A stretch of DNA of 64,000 nucleotides, taken from Gammaproteobacteria bacterium CG11_big_fil_rev_8_21_14_0_20_46_22 (GTDB taxonomy: Bacteria; Pseudomonadota; Gammaproteobacteria; UBA12402). The stretch is from positions 5,790-69,789 of the forward strand of contig PCWT01000048.1 in assembly GCA_002796245.1 (NCBI GenBank). The letters are read 5' to 3'. Below the pieces are notes generated by a model, which did not search any database, had not been told where the DNA came from, and saw only the letters and a program-made list of their open reading frames with translations. A program made the translations under genes and the position numbers. Shown here in pieces: positions 51,808 through 62,612 of the stretch. How positions within the stretch are numbered: the stretch's first letter is position 1; every line of letters begins with the position of its first letter.

Positions 51808-52917
51808 TTACAAACGCATCGGCATGACAACATACAAGCTTGTCGAGCTGTCGTCTTCAGATTCAAACAACAGACTGCTATTGGCATTGCTCATCGAAAT
51901 TTTAAGCTCACCTGCTGGCAAGGCATTTAAAACATCTAAAACATAATTCACATTCACACCAAACTGCAACTCAGGGCCGTCGTAACGAGCGGGAATTTCA
52001 TCATGAGCTTGTTCTTGTTCTGGATTATTTGCTTCGATTTGCAGTAAATTTGCCTTGAACGTGAGACGAACTCCATGAAATTTCTCATTACACAGAATTG
52101 AGGCGCGAACCAAAGCCTGTTTAAACTGATCGCGGTCCAGATAAGCAAATTTATCGGCGCCCTTAGGTAGAACACGTTTGTAGTCCGGAAATTTGCCGTC
52201 AATAAGCTTCGAAGTGAATTGAAAACGCTCATGGGCAATATGAATATGGTTAATATTCAAATGGACCTGAAGCCTATGATCTTCCTGGCTGTTTAGCAGT
52301 CTAGAGAGTTCCATCACCCCCTTGCGAGGCACAATCACAGACATCGCCTCTTTAACGGACGTTTTTTCGGCAAAATCAGACAAAGCCAAACGATGACCGT
52401 CAGTTGCAACCATGTGAATATGATCTTTGGCCAACTCAAACAACATACCATTGAGATAATAGCGCACATCTTGTTGAGCCATTGCAAAAGCCGTATGGTC
52501 AATAAGCGATTTTAGGTCCGCTTCGGGCAAATTAAAGGAAACAGCCGCATTATCCATCGACACACTTGGAAACTCGTTAGCCGGCAACAATGCTAATTGA
52601 AAACGACTCTTGCCGGATTTTAAAGCTAAACGCTGTCCTTCTGTTTTAAATTGAATAGGATTTTCTTCATTTAAAGCGCGGCAAATATCCATCAACTTTT
52701 TTGCAGGAACAGTGATCATTGTATCGCTTTTAATATCAATAACATCAGCTGTGGCCATCAACTGCAATTCTAGATCCGTGGCTGTTATTCGAAGTTTTTT
52801 ATCGGCAATGGATAACAACACATGAGAAAGAATGGGTAGAGTTTGGCGTTTTTCAACCGCGCCAGAAACTTGATTTAACGCATTCAAAAGCGATGAACGT
52901 GAAATAGTGATTTCCAT
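51808..52917 (-). CDS. dnaN: DNA polymerase III beta sliding clamp
   Basis: 369 aa with a three-domain clamp pattern, located next to dnaA. Confidence 0.95.
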   Translation of the reverse strand: MEITISRSSLLNALNQVSGAVEKRQTLPILSHVLLSIADKKLRITATDLELQLMATADVIDIKSDTMITVPAKKLMDICRALNEENPIQFKTEGQRLALKSGKSRFQLALLPANEFPSVSMDNAAVSFNLPEADLKSLIDHTAFAMAQQDVRYYLNGMLFELAKDHIHMVATDGHRLALSDFAEKTSVKEAMSVIVPRKGVMELSRLLNSQEDHRLQVHLNINHIHIAHERFQFTSKLIDGKFPDYKRVLPKGADKFAYLDRDQFKQALVRASILCNEKFHGVRLTFKANLLQIEANNPEQEQAHDEIPARYDGPELQFGVNVNYVLDVLNALPAGELKISMSNANSSLLFESEDDSSTSLYVVMPMRL

Positions 52918-52929
52918 AGTCCTTTCCCG

Positions 52930-54273
52930 TTATGTGGTTAAAATTCGAATTAAATTTTTATAATCCTCAGCAATTTCACTGCTGGTATCCCTAAGCTCGA
53001 GCATTTTTCGACAAGCGTGTAAGACAGTAGTGTGATCTTTTCCACCAAATGCATCACCAATTTCTGGCAAGCTGTGATTAGTGAGCTCCTTTGATAAGGC
53101 CATTGCCATTTGACGAGGCCTGGCTACAGAGCGACTTCGACGCTTAGACAAAACATCTGAAACTTTGATTTTATAATATTCAGCCACCGTCTTAATAATA
53201 TTTTCTATACTGATTAATTTATCCTGAAGCGTCAGCAAATCTTTTAAGGCTTCTTTGACAAAATCCGTGGTAATTTCACGTCCGGTGAATTGCGCATTAG
53301 CAATCACACGCTTTAATGCGCCTTCTAATTCACGCACGTTTGATCGAATACGTTTTGCAATAAAGAAAGCGACATCACTATTTAAATGAACACCTTGAGC
53401 TTCTGCTTTACTCATTAAAATCGCTACACGAGTCTCTAATTCAGGCGGCTCAACAGCAACGGTTAAACCCCAGCCAAAACGAGAACGTAGCCGTTCCTCA
53501 AGGCCACTCACTTCTTTAGGATAACGATCACAAGTAATGATGATTTGTTTATTATTTTCTAACAAAGAATTAAACGTATGAAAAAATTCTTCTTGCGAAC
53601 GATCTTTGCCAGCGAAAAATTGAATATCATCGATCAATAGTAAATCAACTGAGCGATAAAAACGCTTGAACTCATCCATGGTATTGGTTTGAAGCGCTCT
53701 TACCATATTGGCTACAAAGCGTTCTGAATGCAAATATAAGACTTTGGCATTAGGCTTATCATGCAGCATAGCATTGCCAACAGCATGCATTAAGTGTGTT
53801 TTACCTAAGCCCACACCACCATAAATTAATAATGGGTTGTTGGCGCCACCGGGGCTTTCAGCCACTTGGTGAGCCGCTGCATACGCAAACTCATTGGATT
53901 TACCTTTTACAAACTTATCAAAAGTAAAGTTACGGTTCACATTGGATTTAAATTCAGTGACTTCGACTTTTTGAGCACTGGTGGTTGTGTTAACCCTTTT
54001 GACAGGAAAAGTAGGCGCATCGGCGGTTTTTCGGCTACCAACTTGTAGTGAAACAGTAGGCGGCTCATCATTACCTGACAGTTCAGCCACTAACTGACAA
54101 ATCGTATTATAGAATTTATCGTTGACCCAATCAATCACAAAACGATTCGGCGCGTACAAAATTAATCGAGAATCCTTTTCTTCAGCTTGCAAAGGCAAAA
54201 CCCAAGTATTGAAATCCTGTTCTTTAATTTGTGTTTGTAATTGCTGTAAACATTGTTGCCAAATGTCAGCCAC
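52930..54273 (-). CDS. dnaA: Chromosomal replication initiator DnaA
   Basis: AAA+ Walker [11 protein letters not shown] and a C-terminal DNA-binding helix-turn-helix. Confidence 0.97.
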   Translation of the reverse strand: MADIWQQCLQQLQTQIKEQDFNTWVLPLQAEEKDSRLILYAPNRFVIDWVNDKFYNTICQLVAELSGNDEPPTVSLQVGSRKTADAPTFPVKRVNTTTSAQKVEVTEFKSNVNRNFTFDKFVKGKSNEFAYAAAHQVAESPGGANNPLLIYGGVGLGKTHLMHAVGNAMLHDKPNAKVLYLHSERFVANMVRALQTNTMDEFKRFYRSVDLLLIDDIQFFAGKDRSQEEFFHTFNSLLENNKQIIITCDRYPKEVSGLEERLRSRFGWGLTVAVEPPELETRVAILMSKAEAQGVHLNSDVAFFIAKRIRSNVRELEGALKRVIANAQFTGREITTDFVKEALKDLLTLQDKLISIENIIKTVAEYYKIKVSDVLSKRRSRSVARPRQMAMALSKELTNHSLPEIGDAFGGKDHTTVLHACRKMLELRDTSSEIAEDYKNLIRILTT

Positions 54274-54276
54274 GCG

Positions 54277-54749
54277 TTAGCCCTTTAAGCCCAGAGAAAA
54301 ATGAGGGGAAAGTGTATACGCCTTTACCCACAGAATCCAGGTTCTGTGGATAAAATTTTCAAAGCAAGTTTGTATAATTTTTTTACAGTTTCCTCTAAAA
54401 AATAGCTTCTTGTAAAATAAAAAGCTGTGCATAAAGGGGCTAATAAACCAGGAATAAGCTGTGCTTAATTGGCTTAACAACTCGCTCTGTGGATAACTCA
54501 AGCTTTTCACCCCAGTTTATACCGACTTATACGCGCCAAAAAATCGACTTATCAAATAAATAACTTATTGTTTTTATTATTTTTAATAATTTTATCCACA
54601 GAATGTATTCACATAATAATAACTATAATTAAATTATATATCTTATTTATATTATTTATGGGATGTGAACCATTTAGAAAAACAAGCTTTCAGATTGACA
54701 AGCCTTCAAAATAAAAATATGATGCTCGACCTGAATTTTAGGATTGGTT
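54277..54749. other. Probable oriC / dnaA promoter region: DnaA boxes plus an AT-rich unwinding element
   Basis: Three perfect DnaA boxes TTATCCACA/TGTGGATAA at 54345-54353, 54488-54496 and 54592-54600. A one-mismatch box TTACCCACA at 54324-54332 forms an inverted pair with the first. An AT-rich stretch, about 85% AT, runs from roughly 54540 to 54660. Confidence 0.6.
54695..54723 (+). promoter_or_regulatory. Sigma70-like promoter for rpmH (TTGACA-17-TATGAT)
   Basis: A perfect -35 hexamer, a 17-bp spacer and a -10 hexamer matching 5 of 6, about 27 nt before the rpmH ATG. Confidence 0.5.
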
Positions 54750-54884
54750 ATGAAAAGAACATATCAACCCAGTAACTTAAAACGAAAAAGAACCCACGGT
54801 TTTCGTGCACGCATGGCAACAAAAAGTGGTCGTCAATTAATCAATCGACGACGCGCTAAAGGACGTAAGCGCCTTTCTGCTTAA
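54750..54884 (+). CDS. rpmH: 50S ribosomal protein L34
   Basis: [44 protein letters not shown]. It is not in the ORF track because it is under 60 aa. Confidence 0.9.
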   Translation: MKRTYQPSNLKRKRTHGFRARMATKSGRQLINRRRAKGRKRLSA

Positions 54885-55222
54885 TGCCATTTTATTTCTC
54901 TAAGTTACTTAGGCTTCGAAAAAAAAACGAGTTTAATCGCTTAAAAAAAGGCGATGGTAAGCTCGTTTTTGATCAATTTGTATTAGTCAGTAAAAAGGCT
55001 GAACTTTCGATCCCGCGTTTGGGTATTATTGTTAGCAAAAAAGTGTCAAAGAAAGCGTGTATTCGAAATCAATACAAACGCGTCATTCGAGAAAGTTTTC
55101 GTTTAAAAGCCAACACATTAAAACCGGTCGATTATTTAGTGATCGTCAGGCATAATCTCACGCACGATAAATACCACTTACGTCAATCATTGGATAAAGC
55201 ATGGCAGCGCTACAGCGAGTAA
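54884..55222 (+). CDS. rnpA: RNase P protein component
   Basis: A basic 112-aa protein following rpmH, carrying the RnpA RNR-like motif. Confidence 0.9.
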   Translation: MPFYFSKLLRLRKKNEFNRLKKGDGKLVFDQFVLVSKKAELSIPRLGIIVSKKVSKKACIRNQYKRVIRESFRLKANTLKPVDYLVIVRHNLTHDKYHLRQSLDKAWQRYSE

Positions 55223-55443
55223 TACAAAAGATGTTATTCATCATGGTTGTCATGTACCAAAAAGCGCTCAGTCGCTTTTTGCCTGCCCGTTGTCGGTTTT
55301 ATCCCAGTTGCTCAGCTTACGCTAAAGAAGCCTTCCAAAAACATTATTTACTGACTTCAATTTTCCTTGTGAGTAAGCGCTTATTAAAGTGTCACCCTAT
55401 GTGTAATGGCGGGTATGATCCCGTCCCCGAAAAAAAGAGTTAA
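55201..55443 (+). CDS. yidD: Membrane protein insertion efficiency factor YidD
   Basis: CRFYPSCSAYA motif. Confidence 0.85.
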   Translation: MAALQRVIQKMLFIMVVMYQKALSRFLPARCRFYPSCSAYAKEAFQKHYLLTSIFLVSKRLLKCHPMCNGGYDPVPEKKS

Positions 55444-55449
55444 ACGATT

Positions 55450-57087
55450 ATGGATTTTAAACGGATTATTTTATATGTGATTATTTTTGCTTTGGGCATT
55501 CAATTATACAGCTTATGGTTAAAGGAAAATCCACCTGCAACAAAAAAAACAACACACGTTGTAAAAACAGCACAAATAGATTCAACAGAAATTAAGCAAG
55601 CTTTACCTGTGAATACGCATACAGGCGCTAAAGATGCGCATGGTACTGTTGCCCCGGATAAACAAATTCAAGTTCATACCGATGTTTTAAATGTATCAAT
55701 CGATGAAGCGACAGGTCGCTTATTAGAAACCAGCTTACCTAAATACCCACTATCGGTGAAAAATAAAAATACACCGTATGTCTTGCTAAACCAATCACCG
55801 AAAACCTACTACACAGCCATATCCGATGTCACAGGTTTAAATGCAATCGAATTTAAAAGCCAAAAAAGCCAGTACACCCTGCAACCTGGTGAAAAAACAC
55901 TGACAGTGAATTTATACGGTGAAAAAAATGGATTAAGTGTAACAAAACAATTTATTTTCACTAAAGGAAGTTATGCAATTAACACCAGTTATACGATTGT
56001 TAATCACGGAAGGCAGCCTTGGGAAGGTCGCTATTTTATGCAGACGATTCGAAAAGCGCCAAAAGACAGTACGCATTTAATCGGTCCACGTAAATTTTTA
56101 GGTGTTGCAACCTCATCAAAAAAAGAACCTTTTGATAAACACACATTTAAAGATTTAAAAGAAACACCCATTTCAGAATCCATCGAAGGCGGCTGGTTGG
56201 CTTTTGTTCAGCACTATTTTTTAACGGCTTGGATTCCTAATAAACAACAACCCTACTTTTATCAGAGCCAATCGTTAAACGGCGACTTATACTCAGTGAC
56301 ATTAATGGGGCCAAGTATATCGGCAGCCCATGGTGAAACCTTAGAAATGCGTTCCAATTTTTACGTAGGACCGGAACTCAAAAATCAATTAGATGCACTT
56401 TCACCCCATTTAGCATTAACGATTGATTACGGGTTTTTTGCAGTTATTTCAGTGCCTTTATTTGCCATCATGAAATATATCCATGCCGTTGTCGGTAATT
56501 GGGGCGTGGCGATTATTTTATTAACCGTACTCATTAAGCTAATTTTTTATAAACTTTCAGAAAAAAGTTTTAGATCAATGGCCATGATGCGAGATCTACA
56601 ACCAAAAATTCAGGCCCTAAAAGAACAATATAAAGACGATAGGCAGGCTCTGGGTCGTGCCACCATGGAGTTATACCGTAAAGAAGGGGTCAATCCCATG
56701 GGTGGTTGTTTACCTATGGTTGTTCAAATTCCTGTGTTCATTGCTTTGTATTATGTATTGGCAGAATCCGTACAGCTTCGTATGGCGGACTTTTTATGGA
56801 TACATGATTTATCGATGAAAGACCCTTACTATATTTTACCGATTCTTATGGGTGTGAGCATGTTTGTTCAGCAAAGACTTAGCCCACCGGCTGCAGATCC
56901 TATGCAAGCCAAAATGATGATGTTTATGCCAGTGTTTTTCACCATCATCTTTTTAAATTTTCCAGCAGGTTTAACGTTATATTGGCTAACCAATAATACC
57001 ATCACTGTTTTGCAACAATGGTATATTTTGCAAAAGCATAAAAAAGGCCATTACCAAAAGAAAGCTAAAAAAAAGCGTAAAAAGTAA
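55450..57087 (+). CDS. yidC: Membrane protein insertase YidC
   Basis: 545 aa with a large periplasmic domain and a conserved C-terminal 5-TM core. Confidence 0.95.
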   Translation: MDFKRIILYVIIFALGIQLYSLWLKENPPATKKTTHVVKTAQIDSTEIKQALPVNTHTGAKDAHGTVAPDKQIQVHTDVLNVSIDEATGRLLETSLPKYPLSVKNKNTPYVLLNQSPKTYYTAISDVTGLNAIEFKSQKSQYTLQPGEKTLTVNLYGEKNGLSVTKQFIFTKGSYAINTSYTIVNHGRQPWEGRYFMQTIRKAPKDSTHLIGPRKFLGVATSSKKEPFDKHTFKDLKETPISESIEGGWLAFVQHYFLTAWIPNKQQPYFYQSQSLNGDLYSVTLMGPSISAAHGETLEMRSNFYVGPELKNQLDALSPHLALTIDYGFFAVISVPLFAIMKYIHAVVGNWGVAIILLTVLIKLIFYKLSEKSFRSMAMMRDLQPKIQALKEQYKDDRQALGRATMELYRKEGVNPMGGCLPMVVQIPVFIALYYVLAESVQLRMADFLWIHDLSMKDPYYILPILMGVSMFVQQRLSPPAADPMQAKMMMFMPVFFTIIFLNFPAGLTLYWLTNNTITVLQQWYILQKHKKGHYQKKAKKKRKK

Positions 57088-58454
57088 TGGTGCAACCCAC
57101 TGATACGATTATTGCTATCGCCACACCACCGGGTCACGGTGGTGTAGGTATTGTAAGAGTATCAGGCCCACATGCCTTAGAGTGCGCAAAAAAATTAAGT
57201 AAAAAAACAGACATCCAGCCTAGAAAAGTTGTATTCACTGAATTTTTTGATGAAGATGATCAAATTATTGATCAAGGCTTAAGTCTATTTTTTCAATCAC
57301 CACGCTCATTCACAGGCGAAGATGTGGTTGAATTTCAGGCGCACGGCGGCCCTATTATTTTAGACAGTATTATTAAAACTTGTTTGAGCTTGAATAATGT
57401 TCGCTTGGCAAAACCTGGCGAATTTACAGAACGTGCATTTTTGAATAATAAAATCGATTTGGTGCAAGCTGAAGCCATTGCTGATTTAATCAACGCGAGC
57501 ACTAAACAAGCGGCTCAATCGGCTATTCAATCCTTACAGGGCACATTTTCAAAAGCAATTAATGAGCTTCTGGAAAAACTCATTCAGTTGCGTTTGTATG
57601 TGGAAGCAGCCATTGATTTTCCCGAAGAAGAAATTGATTTTATTAATGATGGGAAAATTGCATCAGCACTGAATAATTTAAAACATCAATTTAACGCCAT
57701 TTATGCGTCAGCAAAACAAGGCCATTTATTACAAGAGGGCATGAAGGTTGCGATTGTTGGCCATCCTAATGCCGGAAAATCGAGCTTATTAAATGCTTTG
57801 TCAGGCCGTGATACGGCAATTGTCACAGATATTGCCGGCACCACACGGGATATTATTCGTGAATCCATTAACATTGATGGTATGCCTTTGCATATTATTG
57901 ATACGGCAGGACTTAGAAAAACTACTGATAGCATTGAAAAAATGGGTATCGATCGTGCTTGGCAAGCCATGGATGAAGCAGATGTTATTTTAGTGCTATT
58001 GGATGGTTCCAAAGAAACTTTGGAAGACTTAGAACAGAATTGGCCCGAGCTAATTCAGCAAAAGCAGCATAAAAAATTCTGCGTTGTTGTGAATAAAATT
58101 GATTTAATGAATCAAACAGCAAGAATTGAAAAAAATGAAACATACGATGTGGTATTCATTTCTGCCAAGCTTCAACAAGGTTTGGAGCATTTAAAAACAC
58201 ATTTAAAAAGCTTAATGAATTACCAAAGTGATTCTGAAGGTCTGTTTATCGCACGCCGAAGACACATTGATGCACTTGAAAAAACGGATAAACACTTAAA
58301 GCTTGCTGATACCGCGCTTAATAATCATCAAGCCGGTGAAATAGTGGCTGAAGAATTACGTTTAGCGCAAAACCATCTTAATGAAATCACGGGTGAATTC
58401 ACTTCTGATGATTTACTCGGTAAAATTTTCTCGACCTTCTGTATTGGTAAATGA
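57087..58454 (+). CDS. mnmE: tRNA modification GTPase MnmE
   Basis: G-domain GHPNAGKSSLLN and the C-terminal CIGK motif. Confidence 0.95.
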   Translation: MVQPTDTIIAIATPPGHGGVGIVRVSGPHALECAKKLSKKTDIQPRKVVFTEFFDEDDQIIDQGLSLFFQSPRSFTGEDVVEFQAHGGPIILDSIIKTCLSLNNVRLAKPGEFTERAFLNNKIDLVQAEAIADLINASTKQAAQSAIQSLQGTFSKAINELLEKLIQLRLYVEAAIDFPEEEIDFINDGKIASALNNLKHQFNAIYASAKQGHLLQEGMKVAIVGHPNAGKSSLLNALSGRDTAIVTDIAGTTRDIIRESINIDGMPLHIIDTAGLRKTTDSIEKMGIDRAWQAMDEADVILVLLDGSKETLEDLEQNWPELIQQKQHKKFCVVVNKIDLMNQTARIEKNETYDVVFISAKLQQGLEHLKTHLKSLMNYQSDSEGLFIARRRHIDALEKTDKHLKLADTALNNHQAGEIVAEELRLAQNHLNEITGEFTSDDLLGKIFSTFCIGK

Positions 58455-58523
58455 CAGCACACTTTACTTTTTACACAATTCGTATTAAAAATAAACCCGA
58501 TTCAAAATCATAAGGAAAAAGGT

Positions 58524-58928
58524 ATGTTGAAAGGGTTTGGTTTAATTATTTTAATTATTTCAGTTAATGCGTTCGCGACAGATTCTATCTGTGATTTAAT
58601 GAATCATACAAATGGACAAAAGGTAATCTTTGCGACAAATAATTTAAAAGGTATTGATCACTATGGCCTTGCGCTTAAAAAAACAAATACGAATGAAATA
58701 GCAGGTACGTATTACCACCTGCGCATTGTCTCAAAAGATATTGCAGTGCCTTTTACGGCAAAATGTGAAAACAATAGTTTTACCTTCAATGTCGATCCAG
58801 AAGGCGTAAAAGATTTAGGGCAACGAACCGCAAGATTAGAAAACGGTAAATTGGTATTAGATTATTTCTTTAAAGATGATCATATCGTGACAAAAACATT
58901 GGAGCGTTGCACATCAGCCATGTGTTAA
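58524..58928 (+). CDS. Hypothetical secreted protein with four Cys
   Basis: Signal peptide MLKGFGLIILIISVNAFA. No family is recognised. It sits in a locally AT-rich block. Confidence 0.4.
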   Translation: MLKGFGLIILIISVNAFATDSICDLMNHTNGQKVIFATNNLKGIDHYGLALKKTNTNEIAGTYYHLRIVSKDIAVPFTAKCENNSFTFNVDPEGVKDLGQRTARLENGKLVLDYFFKDDHIVTKTLERCTSAMC

Positions 58929-59269
58929 GGCAGACGATAATTTTCTCTTCTTTGAGCAGAAGCGCCAATACATGTACCAATCAAACAACCTAACATTGAA
59001 CATACTATTAAAGTTAAGCCAAATGTAATCCTATTACCCAATGCACGTGGCGGCGTATTATCGAAAATATCTTGAGGGTGTTTTAAGTCAAATAAACGAA
59101 AGCCTAAACGATTTGAAAAGCAGTCGTTGTTAAGGCAAGAAAAGCCAAAATAAATATTTAAGCAAATAGCAAAAGACACACCAATAAAAGTTCCGAATTT
59201 TGCATGGCTTCGAATAACGTTTGGCATAGATTTAACCAGTTTATAATTGTTGTTTATTGATGATAACAA
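58925..59269 (-). CDS. Hypothetical small membrane protein
   Basis: Two hydrophobic segments. The start codon is uncertain: the track start is TTG and an internal ATG is possible. Confidence 0.3.
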   Translation of the reverse strand: MLSSINNNYKLVKSMPNVIRSHAKFGTFIGVSFAICLNIYFGFSCLNNDCFSNRLGFRLFDLKHPQDIFDNTPPRALGNRITFGLTLIVCSMLGCLIGTCIGASAQRRENYRLP

Positions 59270-59295
59270 AGGCTAGATTAACAAAGGCTAGATTA
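59266..59295. repeat. Tandem direct repeat 2 x 15 bp (ACAAAGGCTAGATTA) immediately upstream of the mnmG promoter
   Basis: Two exact adjacent copies. A third GATTAA half-motif follows. A perfect TATAAT hexamer lies at 59320-59325. Confidence 0.5.
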
Positions 59296-59353
59296 ACTTG
59301 ATCGAATAAGCGATTAATCTATAATAGGCCAAAATTTTTACAGAATAAGCACC

Positions 59354-61225
59354 ATGGATATCCATAAACAGTACGATGTGATTGTGGTCGGCGGCGGCCA
59401 TGCCGGCACAGAAGCCGCTTTAGCTGCAGCGCGTAGTGGCGCAGCCACCCTATTGCTTACACACAATATCGAAACCATCGGCCAGATGTCCTGCAATCCT
59501 TCGATTGGTGGTATCGGTAAAGGCCATTTGGTCAAAGAGGTGGATGCACTCGGTGGCATTATGGCACGAGCAAGTGATTTGGGTGGGATTCAATTTCGCA
59601 CCTTAAACGCGAGCAAAGGCCCCGCTGTAAGGGCCACACGTGCCCAGGCGGATCGTAACCTTTATAAGCAGGCCGTTCGTCATGCGGTTGAAAACCAAAC
59701 GAATCTCAGTCTTTTTCAGCAGGGTGTTGATGACCTAATCATTGAGCATGATTGTGTTACCGGTGTGGTGACCAATATGGGTTTAAGCTTTAAAGCTAAA
59801 ACGGTCGTAATGACCACCGGTACGTTTTTAGGCGGCACCCTACACGTTGGCGATAAAACATCCATTGGCGGACGCGCGGGTGACCAAGCCGCAACAACGC
59901 TAGCTAAAAAACTGCGAGAGCGCCCTTTTCGCATTGCGCGTTTGAAAACAGGCACGCCACCACGTATCGATGGCCGAACCTTAGATTACAGTAAAATGCA
60001 GGTTCAACCGGGTGATACGCCGACGCCGGTGTTTTCGTTTATGAGCTGCCGTGAAGAACATCCACAACAAGTGCCTTGCCATATCACGACCACCACGGAA
60101 AAAACCAAAGAGATCATTGAGAAAAACATCCATCGTTCAGCGATGTATTCTGGTCATATTGAAGGTATTGGGCCACGCTATTGCCCCTCGATCGAAGATA
60201 AAATCGTGCGTTTTAGTGACAAAGCCACACATCAAATATTTGTTGAGCCTGAAGGTTTAGATGTCTTTGAAATTTACCCTAATGGCATTTCAACCAGTCT
60301 ACCGTTCGATGTACAATTGGATTTTGTGCGCTCAATTGTGGGTTTTGAACACGCGCACATCACACGCCCGGGTTATGCAATTGAATACGACTTTTTTGAC
60401 CCGCGTGATTTAAAACAGAGCCTTGAAACCAAGCTCGTGGAAAATTTATTTTTCGCCGGCCAAATTAATGGCACAACAGGCTATGAAGAAGCGGCCGCAC
60501 AAGGCTTGATTGCCGGGCTAAATGCCGCCAGAAAAGCGCAAGAGAAAGAAGCATGGACGCCAAGGCGAGATGAAGCCTATATGGGTGTATTGATTGATGA
60601 TTTGATCACTAACGGCACGATGGAACCTTATCGTATGTTCACCTCGCGCGCAGAGTACCGTTTATTACTGCGAGAAGACAACGCGGATTTACGCTTGACC
60701 GCAAAAGGCTACGAGCTTGGCTTAATTGATGAAGTTCGCTGGCAAGCTTTTGGTGAAAAATGTGAGGCCATTGAAAAGGAATGTGAGCGATTGAAAAGCA
60801 CCTGGATTGTGCCAGGCAAGGAACAGGCTAAAAAAGCTGAAGCGATTTTAGGTCAAGCGTTAACACGCGAATACACCTTAGAAGATTTGTTGCGTCGGCC
60901 CGAAGTGAGTTACGAACAGATTCGCACGATTATCGATAGCGACATTATTCACGATGAAAAAGTGGCTGAGCAAGTCGAAATTCAAGCAAAGTATGCCGGT
61001 TATATCGATCGCATGCACGATGAAATTGCCCGCACCATAAAAAATGAACACACAAAAATTCCAGCTCACTTTGACTACTCGGCCATTTCAGGCTTGTCAG
61101 CTGAAATTACCCAAAAATTAAAACAAGCCAAACCTGAAACGATAGGCCAAGCTTCTCGAATTTCAGGCGTGACACCTGCAGCCATTTCCTTAATTTTGGT
61201 GATGTTAAAAAAGCAATCTCGTTAA
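59354..61225 (+). CDS. mnmG: tRNA uridine 5-carboxymethylaminomethyl modification enzyme MnmG (GidA)
   Basis: FAD-binding [14 protein letters not shown] and 623-aa full-length similarity. Confidence 0.97.
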   Translation: MDIHKQYDVIVVGGGHAGTEAALAAARSGAATLLLTHNIETIGQMSCNPSIGGIGKGHLVKEVDALGGIMARASDLGGIQFRTLNASKGPAVRATRAQADRNLYKQAVRHAVENQTNLSLFQQGVDDLIIEHDCVTGVVTNMGLSFKAKTVVMTTGTFLGGTLHVGDKTSIGGRAGDQAATTLAKKLRERPFRIARLKTGTPPRIDGRTLDYSKMQVQPGDTPTPVFSFMSCREEHPQQVPCHITTTTEKTKEIIEKNIHRSAMYSGHIEGIGPRYCPSIEDKIVRFSDKATHQIFVEPEGLDVFEIYPNGISTSLPFDVQLDFVRSIVGFEHAHITRPGYAIEYDFFDPRDLKQSLETKLVENLFFAGQINGTTGYEEAAAQGLIAGLNAARKAQEKEAWTPRRDEAYMGVLIDDLITNGTMEPYRMFTSRAEYRLLLREDNADLRLTAKGYELGLIDEVRWQAFGEKCEAIEKECERLKSTWIVPGKEQAKKAEAILGQALTREYTLEDLLRRPEVSYEQIRTIIDSDIIHDEKVAEQVEIQAKYAGYIDRMHDEIARTIKNEHTKIPAHFDYSAISGLSAEITQKLKQAKPETIGQASRISGVTPAAISLILVMLKKQSR

Positions 61226-61230
61226 TCAAC

Positions 61231-61800
61231 TTGAGCAATAATATGAACAACAGCGAGCAAAAACTTCAAGCCTATTTAGTCTTGCTTAAAAAATGGAACA
61301 AGGTGTTTAACCTCACTGCGATTGAGTCTGATGAGGCGATGATGGATTTGCATTTGCAAGACAGTTTAAATATACAGCCCTTTTTGCAGGGCGATAGAAT
61401 TTTAGATGTGGGCAGTGGCGCGGGCCTTCCAGGCATTCCTTTAGCGATTGCATGTCCGGATAAACAATTTTATTTGTTAGACACAAATGGCAAGCGCACA
61501 CGTTTTCTAACACAGGTCAAAATTGAGTTGGGTTTGAATAATGTTCATGTGATTAAATCGCGCGTTGAGACATATTCGCCTGACGGCTTATTTACAAGCA
61601 TCACGTCCAGAGCTTTTTCCTCACTGAGCGATTTTTTTGATAAAACCCATCATTTGCTCGAAAAAGAAGGCGTGTTATTAGCCATGAAGGGCCAATACCC
61701 TGAAGAAGAATTAAAAGCGATTCATACGCCGTATGAAGTCAAAACACTGCCTGCGCTAAAACAGCATGATGCGCGGCATTTGGTGGTTATAAAGCGTTAG
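61231..61800 (+). CDS. rsmG: 16S rRNA (guanine527-N7)-methyltransferase RsmG (GidB)
   Basis: LDVGSGAGLPGIPLAI SAM-binding motif. It follows mnmG. Confidence 0.9.
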   Translation: MSNNMNNSEQKLQAYLVLLKKWNKVFNLTAIESDEAMMDLHLQDSLNIQPFLQGDRILDVGSGAGLPGIPLAIACPDKQFYLLDTNGKRTRFLTQVKIELGLNNVHVIKSRVETYSPDGLFTSITSRAFSSLSDFFDKTHHLLEKEGVLLAMKGQYPEEELKAIHTPYEVKTLPALKQHDARHLVVIKR

Positions 61801-62156
61801 GCTGCGGCAGTTTTTTGCTTAAGTCTAGAAAGCTTCTTTTTATGACTTAATGTAACATTGTAATCCAACTTGGCTTTATCTAAGCTGTCTTGTATTGCGC
61901 GTTCCACAAAAATATAGTCTGGATAGCCTAAAGCTTCGGCGATATCTTTTGCACGATAAATACTGACGGGTTTTCTGTTTTTCTCAATATCACATAATTG
62001 CTGTTGAGAGATACCAATGCGTCTGGCAAGTTCAGCTTGTGTTATTTCATCAGCCGTTCTGTGAGAAAGCACGAGCTCGCCAAATGTTCTTACGCCGCCG
62101 ATGATTTTATCAAGTTTTTCTAGCGTTTTATCGGATAAGTTTTTTTTAGTACGCAT
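61797..62156 (-). CDS. higA: HTH XRE-family antitoxin (HigA-like)
   Basis: Helix-turn-helix QAELARRIGISQQQLCDIEKN. It lies downstream of a RelE/HigB-like toxin gene and overlaps it. Confidence 0.65.
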   Translation of the reverse strand: MRTKKNLSDKTLEKLDKIIGGVRTFGELVLSHRTADEITQAELARRIGISQQQLCDIEKNRKPVSIYRAKDIAEALGYPDYIFVERAIQDSLDKAKLDYNVTLSHKKKLSRLKQKTAAA

Positions 62157-62442
62157 GTTTGTTGACCTCTTCTATGTTAACAAAGGTGACTGCTTTGTTA
62201 GATTTAAGCTTGTCAATAATTCTATAAGCTTTATTGAGTCTCGCCGAACGTTGTCCTGTGCGATCTCCGCTCAAGGCTTCATCCTTATAACCTGGATATT
62301 GCTGAGCGGCCAATAAACCTTTGTTTTTCACAAAATAAACCCAGTCACGTAGGGCCAGTTTAATTTGTAGATTTTTTGGCAGCTTTTTTGTTTGTTTTAG
62401 AGCTTTTCGAGAAAACTCCACGTCAAAAACAGTAGTGTTCAT
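62146..62442 (-). CDS. higB: RelE/ParE-superfamily toxin of HigB type
   Basis: The C-terminal LSGDRTGQRSARLNKAYRII resembles Proteus HigB (LKGDREGYWSITVRANWRITF). The toxin gene comes first, as in higBA. The start was set at MNTTVFD. Confidence 0.6.
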   Translation of the reverse strand: MNTTVFDVEFSRKALKQTKKLPKNLQIKLALRDWVYFVKNKGLLAAQQYPGYKDEALSGDRTGQRSARLNKAYRIIDKLKSNKAVTFVNIEEVNKHAY

Positions 62443-62612
62443 AGTGTTTACCTTTAAAATATTACACAAAAAAAGTGAAAAACACAAGCCTAGAATACGA
62501 CTCGCATTGTTAGAATGGTTTTGGAATGTCTCTGAAGTAAGAGAAGAAACGCCATAGTAGCAAAAAAAGGCGAAGCTGTGTATGCTTTGGGCTACTCAAG
62601 AAGGACAGGCTC

